Both the position numbers and the translations under genes were made by a program. 64,000 bases of DNA from Candidatus Latescibacterota bacterium. Lineage in GTDB: Bacteria; Latescibacterota; UBA2968; UBA8231. Position 1 is the first letter of the stretch. Every line of letters starts with the position of its first letter. Location of the stretch: NCBI GenBank assembly GCA_965215195.1, contig CBDCDC010000002.1, forward strand, positions 3,136,001 to 3,200,000, in the 5' to 3' direction. Under the pieces are notes generated by a model that ran no database searches, was not told the origin of the DNA, and was given only the letters and a program-made list of their open reading frames with translations. This document shows, piece by piece, positions 48,112 to 57,460 of this stretch.

Positions 48112-49677
48112 ATGTCTGCGTCTTACGATGTCGTCATTGCCGGGGCGGGAGCGGCCGGGGCGGTTCTCGCGGCGCGGCTCAGCGAGGATCAGAGTCGGTC
48201 GGTCTTGCTGCTGGAGGCCGGGCCGGATTTTGCTGCGGTTGCAGACTTGCCCGAGGAGATCCGCTATGCCTATGGGCGCGATCGCAATATCTGGGACCGC
48301 GCCTTTGGCTTGGGCACCCGATTCGGCTGGGGGTATCGCGCCCGGGCTACGGACCTGCGTCCCGACATGTTTGTGCCGCGCGGCAAAATTGTCGGCGGAT
48401 CGAGTGCGGTCAACGCGCAGATTTTTCTGCGCGGGGTGCCCGAAGACTACGACTCTTGGGCGGACGCCGGCAACGACCTGTGGAGCCACGACGCCCTGTT
48501 GCCCTTTTTGTGTCGCCTCGAATCCGACCCGGACTACGGCGACGCCCCCTACCACGGGGCCGACGGCCCCATCCGCGCTCGCCGGTTCAAAGATCGCGAA
48601 CTCAACCCCGAGCACCGCGCCTTCTACGAGGCCGCGCTCGCCGCTGGCTACCCGGACTGCCCCGATCACAACGACCCTGCTTCCACCGGCGTCGGTCCCT
48701 TAGCCCTCAACAACGCCGAGGGCATCCGCTGGAGCACCAATATCGGCTACCTCAACCCAGCTCGCGGTCGCCCCAACCTCACCATTCAAGCCAACACCCA
48801 CGTCCACCGCGTGCTCTTTGCCGGCCAGCGCGCCACCGGCCTGCTCGTCGAGCGCGACGGTACCTTATCTGCTGTCCACGGCGGCGAAATCGCGCTCTGC
48901 GGCGGGGCGATTGGCTCGCCGCACCTGCTCTTGCTGTCGGGCGTTGGGCCGGCCGCGCACTTGGAGGCGATGGGCGTTGACGTGGTGTGCGACCTGCGTG
49001 GCGTCGGCCAAAATCTGCGCGACCATCCGCAAGTGAGCGCAACGTTGCGGGCCAAGGACGAGTACCTCGGCGACGGCACCGAGCCTCGGCTGCAAATCGG
49101 CCTGCGCTACACCGCCACCGGATCGGCCTGGCGCAACGACATGTTCATCATCCCGGCCTCCTTTGCCACGACCGAGGGCTACTACGCCTCGTCGCATTCC
49201 AAGCCTTTGGGCTTTTACTTGGTCGGCTGCATCTACTTGGCCGAGGGACAGGGCGAACTCAAACTGGCCTCCACCGACCCGCGCACACAGCCCGTGCTCG
49301 ACTACAACTACTTGGCCGAGCCCTCAGACTGCCGCCGCCTGCGCGAATCCATCCGCATCATCATTGACCTGCTCAAACGCGATGCGCTCAACGCGCTCGT
49401 GGCCGAGCGCATCGGCCCCACTGACGCCGAGCTCGACACCGACGCCGCGCTCGACGAGTGGATGCGGCGCGAAGTGGGCACCAGCCACCACGTTTCCTCG
49501 ACTTGTAAGATGGGGCCGGCGAGCGACTCAATGGCTGTCGTCGATCAGCATGGCCGGGTTCACGGGCTCGAAAACCTGCGCGTGGCCGACGCGGCCATCA
49601 TGCCCGACTGCGTGCGCGCCAACACCAACATTACCTCCATGGCCATCGGCGAGCGCATCGCCGATCTCATGCGCTGA
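48112..49677 (+). CDS. GMC family oxidoreductase (choline dehydrogenase/MftG-like)
   Basis: GAGAAG, LLEAG, RGKIVGGSSAVN, VGQNLRDHP, HVSSTCKMG, NTN. Confidence 0.93.
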   Translation: MSASYDVVIAGAGAAGAVLAARLSEDQSRSVLLLEAGPDFAAVADLPEEIRYAYGRDRNIWDRAFGLGTRFGWGYRARATDLRPDMFVPRGKIVGGSSAVNAQIFLRGVPEDYDSWADAGNDLWSHDALLPFLCRLESDPDYGDAPYHGADGPIRARRFKDRELNPEHRAFYEAALAAGYPDCPDHNDPASTGVGPLALNNAEGIRWSTNIGYLNPARGRPNLTIQANTHVHRVLFAGQRATGLLVERDGTLSAVHGGEIALCGGAIGSPHLLLLSGVGPAAHLEAMGVDVVCDLRGVGQNLRDHPQVSATLRAKDEYLGDGTEPRLQIGLRYTATGSAWRNDMFIIPASFATTEGYYASSHSKPLGFYLVGCIYLAEGQGELKLASTDPRTQPVLDYNYLAEPSDCRRLRESIRIIIDLLKRDALNALVAERIGPTDAELDTDAALDEWMRREVGTSHHVSSTCKMGPASDSMAVVDQHGRVHGLENLRVADAAIMPDCVRANTNITSMAIGERIADLMR

Positions 49678-49717
49678 GCAGGCGTCCCAGCAGACCACGG
49701 ATACCAAAGGAATAAAA

Positions 49718-49969
49718 ATGCAGATGATTCAGATTGAAGTGCCAGAAGAGATTTTTCTGTCCTTAAAAGAGACGCCCGAAGAATTTACCCAAGAGGTCCG
49801 CATGGCTGCCGCTGCCAAGCTCTACGAAATGGGTAAGATGTCTTCCGGGCGTGCGGCTGAATTCGCTGGCATGTCGCGCATCCAATTTCTCCAAAATATG
49901 AGTCACTACGGTGTGCCTATATTTGATATGACAGATGAGGAATTAGAACAGGATCTCCAAAATGCCTGA
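49718..49969 (+). CDS. UPF0175-family putative antitoxin
   Basis: AAAKLYEMGKMSSGRAAEFAGMSR..EELEQDL; AAAGGA RBS. Confidence 0.85.
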   Translation: MQMIQIEVPEEIFLSLKETPEEFTQEVRMAAAAKLYEMGKMSSGRAAEFAGMSRIQFLQNMSHYGVPIFDMTDEELEQDLQNA

Positions 49970-50033
49970 GATCGTAATCAGCAATACATCGCCAATTTTT
50001 TATCTGCATCGACTTCGCCTCCTTGACCTGCTA
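49962..50033 (+). pseudogene. N-terminal stub of a DUF3368-type PIN toxin
   Basis: MPEIVISNTSPIFYLHRLRLLDLL, then homology ends at the stop of the convergent gene. Confidence 0.75.
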
Positions 50034-51113
50034 GCCCATCCGCAACCCCCGATTCGCCAGCGGCAAATCCACCCGCCCATTGCCCTGCCGATGCGACTCG
50101 CGCAAGCCAATGGCGATCTCTAGGGCCTCGCGCCCAAATTCCCCCGGGCAAATCCGCTCTTGCCCTTCCTCAAGCGCCCGACAGACGCCCTCAATCGCAT
50201 CAACCATGGACGAGCGCGGGTGCCACGGGTTGGGAAAGGGCCGCTGGATTGGCTCGCCGGTCTCTGGGTGCGATCCCCACAGCTCGAATTGCGCGTGGGC
50301 GTTGCGCGAGACGATCATCCCGCGCTCGCCGATAAACTCCAAGGTCCACCCATGCCCCGAGCGGTCGGCGCGGGAGTTGAGAAAGCCGCGCACCCCGCTG
50401 GCGTAGGCAATGTAGCCCGAGCCGGATAAATCCCGGTCGGCCGCGGCCTGCTCGCCATCGTCCATCTCGCCCACCACCCACTCGGCCGGCGCTCCGGCAA
50501 AGAGCCGAAATAGGGCCAGCGTATGGCTTTGCAGATTAGACAGGCTGTGCGGGCTGTGGCAGACCATGGAGCGCAACCGGCCAATCGCCCCCTCAGCTAT
50601 GGCCTGACGCGCATTGGTGTACCAATTATACCAGTTGAGATGGCAGGCAATGGAAAGAACGGTTCCGCTCGCCTTGCACGCCGCGATCATGGCATCGGCT
50701 TCGGCCAAGGTGCGGCACATCGGCTTGGTGGCAAAAATCGCCCGCACCCCGGCCTCGGCTAGGCCGATGACCACCTCGGCCCGCTCGTCAGGGCGCGTCG
50801 TCACCGCCACTACATCGGGCCGCTCTTGGACGACTAACTCGCGGTAGTCTTCGTACAGGGCTTGTACTCCCCAGCGCCGGGCAAAGTCGCCCAACTTGGC
50901 TCGGTCCACGTCGGCCGCGCCAATAAGCTCAATACCCCGCGCTTCGATCATGGCCGGGGCATGGGCCCACGGCCAAGGATAGTGCGGCATCCCAATGTGC
51001 TCGTCGTCAATGGTGCTGCCCATCCGCCCGCAGCCGACCACTGCGCCGCGATACGTTCCGCGCGGCCGCGTCGCCGCGATCTGTTTGTAGGCTGTGCCCA
51101 AAGGTTGTGCCAT
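50031..51113 (-). CDS. Gfo/Idh/MocA family oxidoreductase
   Basis: VGCGRMG, LYEDYREL, TKPM; AGGAG RBS. Confidence 0.88.
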   Translation of the reverse strand: MAQPLGTAYKQIAATRPRGTYRGAVVGCGRMGSTIDDEHIGMPHYPWPWAHAPAMIEARGIELIGAADVDRAKLGDFARRWGVQALYEDYRELVVQERPDVVAVTTRPDERAEVVIGLAEAGVRAIFATKPMCRTLAEADAMIAACKASGTVLSIACHLNWYNWYTNARQAIAEGAIGRLRSMVCHSPHSLSNLQSHTLALFRLFAGAPAEWVVGEMDDGEQAAADRDLSGSGYIAYASGVRGFLNSRADRSGHGWTLEFIGERGMIVSRNAHAQFELWGSHPETGEPIQRPFPNPWHPRSSMVDAIEGVCRALEEGQERICPGEFGREALEIAIGLRESHRQGNGRVDLPLANRGLRMG

Positions 51114-51175
51114 GTCGTATCTCCTCTACGTGAAATTGCTAAAAGGGGTCTGATTAACTAGAATAACATTTTTCG

Positions 51176-51299
51176 CTAAGTACACGACAGTAGGGCCTTA
51201 CCCTCGGATCGAGGGCATCTTGCCCTCGTCGAGGGCGGGACGCCCTCGATCCCGGACTCATCGCCCATCAACGACAAGTTATTGGTGTCGTGTAGTTAG
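51176..51299. mobile_element. MITE, 124 bp (family A copy 2) with 9-bp TSD
   Basis: CTAAGTACACGAC...GTCGTGTAGTTAG flanked by CATTTTTCG at 51167-51175 and 51300-51308. Confidence 0.9.
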
Positions 51300-51374
51300 C
51301 ATTTTTCGTCAAAACCACCGACCCCGGCGATCGCGGCCAGTGCCTGAATTTTAACAGAAGGAGAGGGCCTCACC

Positions 51375-52193
51375 TTGACTACTTTTGACTTCCGCGGCAA
51401 AAAGGCCGTGGCGACCGGCGCGGGCGGTGCCATTGGCGGCGCGATCGCCCGCGGCTTCGCCCAAGCTGGCGCAGAGGTGGCGATCTGGGACATTGCTCCC
51501 GAGGCGGCACGCGCCAAAGCCGACGAGATCAACCAAGATTTCCCCAACAAGGCCCTCCCGGTTGAGTGCAACGTCGTCAGCAAAGACAGCGTCGCGGCCG
51601 CGCTCGCAGAGACCATTGAGCACTTTGGCACCATCGACTTTCTGCTCAATGGCGCGGGCGGCAGCCACAAGGACACCACCACTTCCCCGCAGCTCGAATT
51701 CTTTGACATTGACCCAGAGGCGGTCAAGATGGTGATGGATCTCAACTATCTAAGTGCCGTCCTGCCCTCGCAGGCCGTGGGCCGCGTCTTTGCCGATAGA
51801 GGCGAGGGGGCGGTCGTCAATATCACCTCCATCGGCGGAGGGCTGCCCCTGTCGCGGGCCTTGGCGTATTCCAATGGCAAGGCTGCGGCCGACAGTTTTA
51901 CCCGCTGGTTAGCCGTGCATCTGGCCACGACCTACGCACCCAAAATCCGCGTCAATGCCGTGGCCCCGGGCTTTATGATCACCGCGCAAAACCGCTTCCT
52001 GCTCCTCGACGAAACGAGCGGCGAATTGACCGATCGCGGCGAGACCATTCTCAAAAACGTCCCCATGGCGCGCTTTGGCGACCCGCACGAGGTAGTAGGC
52101 GCGGCCCTGTGGCTCTTTTCGGACGCAGCCGCGTTTGTCACCGGCGCCATCGTGCCCATCGATGGCGGCTTTTCCGCGTTTTGCGGCGTATAG
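51375..52193 (+). CDS. SDR family oxidoreductase (UxuB/gluconate dehydrogenase-like)
   Basis: [18 protein letters not shown] (YxxxK), [17 protein letters not shown]. Confidence 0.92.
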   Translation: MTTFDFRGKKAVATGAGGAIGGAIARGFAQAGAEVAIWDIAPEAARAKADEINQDFPNKALPVECNVVSKDSVAAALAETIEHFGTIDFLLNGAGGSHKDTTTSPQLEFFDIDPEAVKMVMDLNYLSAVLPSQAVGRVFADRGEGAVVNITSIGGGLPLSRALAYSNGKAAADSFTRWLAVHLATTYAPKIRVNAVAPGFMITAQNRFLLLDETSGELTDRGETILKNVPMARFGDPHEVVGAALWLFSDAAAFVTGAIVPIDGGFSAFCGV

Positions 52194-52221
52194 ATCAACC
52201 CATTCCAATCAGGAGTTCGCT

Positions 52222-53895
52222 TTGCTGCCCGATATCGAAATTGCCCGCCAGACCCCGCTCCGCCCCATCGACGACGTGGCCGCCCAGCTCGGGATCGGCT
52301 CCGAACACCTCGAACACTACGGCCGCGTCAAGGCCAAGATCTCGCCGGATTTCTGCCAGCGCCTCGCAAACGCGCCGGCCACCGGCAAGCTGATCCTCGT
52401 CTCGGCCATCAACCCAACTCCGGCGGGCGAGGGCAAAACCACCACCACCATCGGCCTCGGCGACGCGCTCAACCGCATTGGCAAGCGCGCCACTGTCTGC
52501 CTGCGAGAGCCTTCGCTGGGGCCCTGCTTTGGCCTCAAGGGCGGCGGCGCCGGCGGCGGCTACGCTCAGGTAGCGCCGATGGAGGACATCAATTTGCACT
52601 TCACCGGCGACATCCACGCTGTTTCCGCCGCCCACAACCTACTCGCCGCGGCCCTCGACAACTACATCCACCACGGCAATGTGCGTCGCATTGACCCCCG
52701 CCGCATCGTCTGGAACCGCGTCCTCGACGTAAATGACCGGGCCCTGCGCGATATCGTCGTCGGGCTGGGGGGGACCGCCAACTCCTTTCCGCGCCAATCG
52801 GGATTCGACATTGCCGTCGCCTCGGAGGTCATGGCCATCCTCTGCCTGTCCGAATCGCGGGCCGAGCTCAAAGAGCGGCTCGGCCGGATCGTCGTCGCCC
52901 AGACCCGCGCCCGCGAGACCATTCGCGCGGCGGACTTGGCGGTCCACGGCGCCATGGCAGTGCTGCTTAAGGACGCCTGCCAACCCAACTTGGTGCAGAC
53001 CCTAGAGGGCAACCCGGCTTTAGTCCACGGCGGCCCTTTTGCCAATATCGCCCACGGCTGCAACTCCATCGCCGCCACCCGCCTGAGCACGCGCCTTTCC
53101 GCATACACCATCACCGAGGCCGGCTTTGGCGCGGACTTGGGCGCGGAAAAATTCGCCAACATCAAGTGCCGCCAGAGCGCCCTAGCACCCGACCTCGTGG
53201 TGTTGGTGGCCACGGTGCGGGCGCTCAAATTCCACGGCGGTGCCGCGCTCAAAAGCATTGCCAAACCCAATGTCGGGGCGGTTGCAAGGGGCGTTGAAAA
53301 CCTCAAGAAGCACATCGAAAATGTCCGCCTCTTCGGCTTGCCCGTCGTCGTAGCGGTCAATGCCTTTGCCGCGGACACCCACGCCGAGATCCAGTGCATC
53401 CGCGACAAGTGCGCTCACCTCGGCGTTGAGATCGTACCCGCAGATCACCACGCTCGTGGCGGCGCGGGTGCTGAAGACCTCGCCCGCACCGTGGTGCAGG
53501 TGGCCGAAAATACCCAGAGCGACTTCAAGCTGCTCTATCCCGACGACATGCGGCTTTGGGACAAGGTGCGCACGGTCGCCCAAGCGATCTACGGTGCCGA
53601 CGATATCATGGGCGACAAGATGCTGCGGAACAAGTTCAGGCGGCTGGAGGACGAAGGCTACGGCAACTTGCCCGTCTGCATAGCCAAGACCCAGTACTCG
53701 CTCTCGACCGATCCCGGGCTCAGGGGGCGGCCGCGCGGCTTTGACGTGCCGGTGCGCGACGTCAAGGTCTCGGCCGGGGCCGGCTTTGTGGTGGTGCTTA
53801 CCGGCGATATTATGACGATGCCCGGCCTGCCCAAAAAGCCCTCGGCCGAGTCGATTGACCTCGACGACGCCGGACAGATCAAAGGGTTGTTCTAA
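52222..53895 (+). CDS. fhs: Formate-tetrahydrofolate ligase
   Basis: [62 protein letters not shown]; AGGAG RBS with TTG start. Confidence 0.98.
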   Translation: MLPDIEIARQTPLRPIDDVAAQLGIGSEHLEHYGRVKAKISPDFCQRLANAPATGKLILVSAINPTPAGEGKTTTTIGLGDALNRIGKRATVCLREPSLGPCFGLKGGGAGGGYAQVAPMEDINLHFTGDIHAVSAAHNLLAAALDNYIHHGNVRRIDPRRIVWNRVLDVNDRALRDIVVGLGGTANSFPRQSGFDIAVASEVMAILCLSESRAELKERLGRIVVAQTRARETIRAADLAVHGAMAVLLKDACQPNLVQTLEGNPALVHGGPFANIAHGCNSIAATRLSTRLSAYTITEAGFGADLGAEKFANIKCRQSALAPDLVVLVATVRALKFHGGAALKSIAKPNVGAVARGVENLKKHIENVRLFGLPVVVAVNAFAADTHAEIQCIRDKCAHLGVEIVPADHHARGGAGAEDLARTVVQVAENTQSDFKLLYPDDMRLWDKVRTVAQAIYGADDIMGDKMLRNKFRRLEDEGYGNLPVCIAKTQYSLSTDPGLRGRPRGFDVPVRDVKVSAGAGFVVVLTGDIMTMPGLPKKPSAESIDLDDAGQIKGLF

Positions 53896-53923
53896 AACCT
53901 ACAACCACACAGGACGACGTACC

Positions 53924-55294
53924 ATGTCATTATCAAAGCGACTGGAATCGTGCTCGCTCGAACGCATTACCAAGATGAAGGACGTGGTAATGCAGGAGGT
54001 TGAGAGAATCAACCGCCAGCTAGCCGACGCAGAAAAAGAACTCGAAGAAATGATCGAAAAAGTAGAAACGGTCCGTTTGAGCAAAAGGCACGGCCAATAC
54101 GAACTGAGTCTGGATAAAGCCGAATCCCAGCTCGCAAGGTTAAACGCCGAAAAAGACAAGTTGTTGGACAAGGTCCGGATCATTGAGCAGGCGCGGCAAA
54201 AGAAACATCTGATGGATGAACAGGCCAGAGTGCTGGGCAGCGTTGGGCGGGTGAAAGTTAAAGACCTGTTCATCTTTTTTCTCATTCTTTTTTTGATAGC
54301 TATTCTGGTCATCGACTTGCTCGGCATCGGGGCCACAGGGGGGGGTGCTGTTGCAAAGGCCGAAGTAGTAGAAGGCAAGATACATCGAATAGTCGTTCTG
54401 AACGGAGGAGCAGGGTACGAGCGCGTGAATATTGAAATAGCGGATGCGGTTGGGTCTGGGGCACTTGCTTCTGGACAGGTAGTTGGGGGTACATTAGCCC
54501 ATCTAAACGTCATCGAGGGCGGAGAAAACTACGCGAATCCCGTCGTAGAAGTACTGCCCCACTTTGCCGTTGGCACGTTGTGGATATTCTGGATCATAGA
54601 CGTGATATGCTGCACCATTTTCATGGCCAACTTTTTCTTTGAGCACAGGCTTGCCGCTTCCAAAAGGTGGTATTGGAAGCACAACTGGATCGACTTCATA
54701 ACGTCCATTCCGCTTCCCCCGGTACAGGTCATTGCCGCGTCCGGCGACCTAGGTATCGTGCGCTTGGGGCGTCTGCTCCGGGCCGTGCGTATTTTGAGGG
54801 CACTGAGGTTATTCCGCATCGCGCTGTTTTTCTGGCGCGGCATGGATCACTTGAGCTCCACGTTGGACGTGCGGCTCCTCAAGCGATCCCTGCTGTATGG
54901 CCTGTTATCGCTCGTGTTTGGAGCCTGCATTTTCATGGGCTTGGAGCGCATGGAGTCTGGTTCGGGCTTTTGGGCGAGTCTTTGGTGGAGCTTTACGACG
55001 CTGGTCACCGGCGGGTATGCCGACATCCACAATCCCCAGACGGCGTCGGGCAAAATCCTCACCGTTTTTCTGGTGATTACGGGTATGGTTCTGGTGGGGG
55101 TTTTTACGGCGACGCTGACGAGCATCCTCGTCAGCGACGAGGACTCTTTGAAGGTTGAGGAGCTCGAAGAGCAGGTTGGGATCATTACAAAAATTCAAGA
55201 CGACCTAAAAGACACCAACGAGCGTCTAAGTAAGCTGGAAAGCGCCATCCGCGAGATCGGGGACGCGATAAAGGCGCAGGGGAAGCAATCATAG
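53924..55294 (+). CDS. 6-TM voltage-sensor cation channel (Kv-like) with coiled-coil termini and an extracytoplasmic insert
   Basis: S3 NWIDFITSIP; S4 RLGRLLRAVRILRALRLFR; pore SLWWSFTTLVTGGYAD..PQTASGK. Confidence 0.85.
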   Translation: MSLSKRLESCSLERITKMKDVVMQEVERINRQLADAEKELEEMIEKVETVRLSKRHGQYELSLDKAESQLARLNAEKDKLLDKVRIIEQARQKKHLMDEQARVLGSVGRVKVKDLFIFFLILFLIAILVIDLLGIGATGGGAVAKAEVVEGKIHRIVVLNGGAGYERVNIEIADAVGSGALASGQVVGGTLAHLNVIEGGENYANPVVEVLPHFAVGTLWIFWIIDVICCTIFMANFFFEHRLAASKRWYWKHNWIDFITSIPLPPVQVIAASGDLGIVRLGRLLRAVRILRALRLFRIALFFWRGMDHLSSTLDVRLLKRSLLYGLLSLVFGACIFMGLERMESGSGFWASLWWSFTTLVTGGYADIHNPQTASGKILTVFLVITGMVLVGVFTATLTSILVSDEDSLKVEELEEQVGIITKIQDDLKDTNERLSKLESAIREIGDAIKAQGKQS

Positions 55295-55387
55295 ACGAGC
55301 CCGTTCCAAATCGGGGTCCGCATCCTCCACCATGAGTACCCAACGCTGATGAGTTTCATTGTGCTATCCTCCTTTTGAGTAACTGAC

Positions 55388-55511
55388 CTAAGTACACGAC
55401 AGTAGAGCCTTACCCTCGGATCGAGGGCATCTTGCCCTCGTCGAGGGCGGGACGCCCTCGATCCCGGACTCATCGCCCATCAACGACAAGTTATTGGTGT
55501 CGTGTAGTTAG
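55388..55511. mobile_element. MITE, 124 bp (family A copy 3)
   Basis: Differs from 51176-51299 at one position that I could see; flanks GTAACTGAC / ATAACTGAC (8 of 9 match). Confidence 0.9.
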
Positions 55512-55558
55512 ATAACTGACTTTAACTACAAGAAGTGTAGAAAATCATACCTGTAACT

Positions 55559-57460
55559 TTGCTTCTAGCACTAGCGGCGATCCGAGTCGTGGCTGCCGAT
55601 GTGCCCGCCGCTGTCGGCGTCCCCCCGGAAGTTTTGGATCCGCCTTGGCTGCAAAGCCGTCGCCAGAGCCAGCTAGACGCGGCCAAGAGCTATGCGGTCT
55701 TTTGCGATTTTCGCTTCACGGACCGCCAGCCCGCCAGCGGCATTACCTTCCACCACCGCATCGTCGATGACTCGGGGCGGCACTACCGGCCCAATCACTA
55801 CGACCACGGCAATGGAATTGCCTTGGCGGATGTCGATGGCGACGGGCGCACAGACCTCTACTTTGTCAACCAAGCCGGGCCGAACGGGCTGTGGCGCAAC
55901 GCGGGCGGCGGACGCTTTGAGGACATCACCGAGCGCGGCAGCGTGGCACTCGCCGACCGCATTGGCGCGACCGCTTCCTTTGCCGACCTAGACAACGACG
56001 GAGCACCCGACCTGTACGTCACCAACGTGCGCGTGGGCAATGTTCTCTTTCGCAATCGAGGCGACGGGCACTTTGCGGACATTTCCCAAGGGTCTGGCCT
56101 CGATCACGAGGGGCATTCTTCGGCGGCCCTCTTCTTCGACTACAACCGCGACGGGCAGCTCGACCTCTTTTTGACCAATGTGGGGCAGTACACCGAGCGC
56201 GGCGATCCGGTCGCGGTTATTGGCTTTGCGCCCGAGGAACAACTGGAGCAATACCACTACTACGTCGGCTTTAAGGACGCCTTTGCCGGGCACCTCAAGC
56301 CCGAGCGCACCGAGCCGAGCCTGCTCTTCCGCAATGCGGGCGAAAACCGCTTTGTCGATGTGACCGAGGAGGTTGGGATCAAGGCCGATGGTTGGTCCGG
56401 CGACGCAGTACCGCTAGACGCCAACGAAGACGGCTGGCCAGACCTGTACGTACTCAACATGCAGGGGCCCGATCAATACTACGAAAACGACCAAGGCCAG
56501 CGCTTTATCGACAAAAGCCTAGCGGTCTTCCCGCGCACGCCGTGGGGGGCCATGTCGGCCCAGATCCTCGACTTTGACAACGACGGCCACCAAGATCTCT
56601 ACATCACCGACATGCACTCGGATATGAGCGAGGACATTGGGCCGGAGCGCGAAAAGCGCAAGTCGCGGATGCAGTGGACCGAGAGCTTTCTCCGCTCGGG
56701 CGGGCGCAGCATCTACGGCAACGCCTTTTACCACCGCCAAGCCGACGGCACTTACGCCGAGATTTCCGACTCCATCGGCGCGGAAAATTACTGGCCTTGG
56801 GGGCTGAGCGCCGGCGACCTCAACGCCGACGGATACGAAGATGTCTTTATCACCGCCAGCATGAACTACGCCTTCCGCTACGCGGTCAACGCCCTGCTGC
56901 TCAACGACCGCGGCAAGGGCTTCCTCAACGCCGAATTTGCCCTTGGAGTTGAGCCGCGGCGCGAGGGGCGCACGGCCATGCCGTGGTTTGCCCTAGATTG
57001 CGCCGGGGAGTACGCAGATCATCCCGACTGCGAGGGGCGCAGCGGCCCCCACGTCTTCTGGGGTGCGCTAGGCTCGCGTGCGTCGGCACTGGCGGACTTG
57101 GACGACGACGGCGACTTAGACATTGTCACCAATGAATTCAATGCGCCGCCAATGGTGCTAATCAGCGATCTGAGCGACCAAAAGGCGGACCTCAACTTCC
57201 TCAAGATCCGCCTTATCGGCACCCGCTCCAATCGCGACGGTCTCGGCGCGGTGGTCCATGTTCACACCCCTGCCCACACCTACACCCAGGTACTCGACGG
57301 CAAGTCCGGCTACCTCTCGCAGAGCCTCTTGCCGCTCTACTTTGGACTCGGGCCGGTCAGCACTGTTGAGCGCATCGAAGTGCAGTGGCCTGCTGGCACT
57401 GCGCAGACCGTTGCCGGCCCCATAGCGAGCAACCAACTCGTCGAAATCAGGGAACCGTAG
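55559..57460 (+). CDS. CRTAC1/ASPIC-UnbV family FG-GAP repeat protein
   Basis: Repeated DxDxDG..DLY motifs; C-terminal SNRDGLGA..GYLSQS..LYFGLG..VQWP. Confidence 0.92.
   Translation: MLLALAAIRVVAADVPAAVGVPPEVLDPPWLQSRRQSQLDAAKSYAVFCDFRFTDRQPASGITFHHRIVDDSGRHYRPNHYDHGNGIALADVDGDGRTDLYFVNQAGPNGLWRNAGGGRFEDITERGSVALADRIGATASFADLDNDGAPDLYVTNVRVGNVLFRNRGDGHFADISQGSGLDHEGHSSAALFFDYNRDGQLDLFLTNVGQYTERGDPVAVIGFAPEEQLEQYHYYVGFKDAFAGHLKPERTEPSLLFRNAGENRFVDVTEEVGIKADGWSGDAVPLDANEDGWPDLYVLNMQGPDQYYENDQGQRFIDKSLAVFPRTPWGAMSAQILDFDNDGHQDLYITDMHSDMSEDIGPEREKRKSRMQWTESFLRSGGRSIYGNAFYHRQADGTYAEISDSIGAENYWPWGLSAGDLNADGYEDVFITASMNYAFRYAVNALLLNDRGKGFLNAEFALGVEPRREGRTAMPWFALDCAGEYADHPDCEGRSGPHVFWGALGSRASALADLDDDGDLDIVTNEFNAPPMVLISDLSDQKADLNFLKIRLIGTRSNRDGLGAVVHVHTPAHTYTQVLDGKSGYLSQSLLPLYFGLGPVSTVERIEVQWPAGTAQTVAGPIASNQLVEIREP

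Noticed and set aside
48112-49677. Mycofactocin cluster (mftG)
   Set aside because: No mftA-F genes in the window; a generic GMC call is safer
55300-55375. Minus-strand AGGAGG + ATG (MKLISVGYSWW...)
   Set aside because: Runs antisense into the channel gene after about 22 codons with no recognisable family; possibly a stub but unsupported
51176-55511. Composite transposon carrying fhs
   Set aside because: Each MITE has its own 9-bp duplication and the outer flanks do not match
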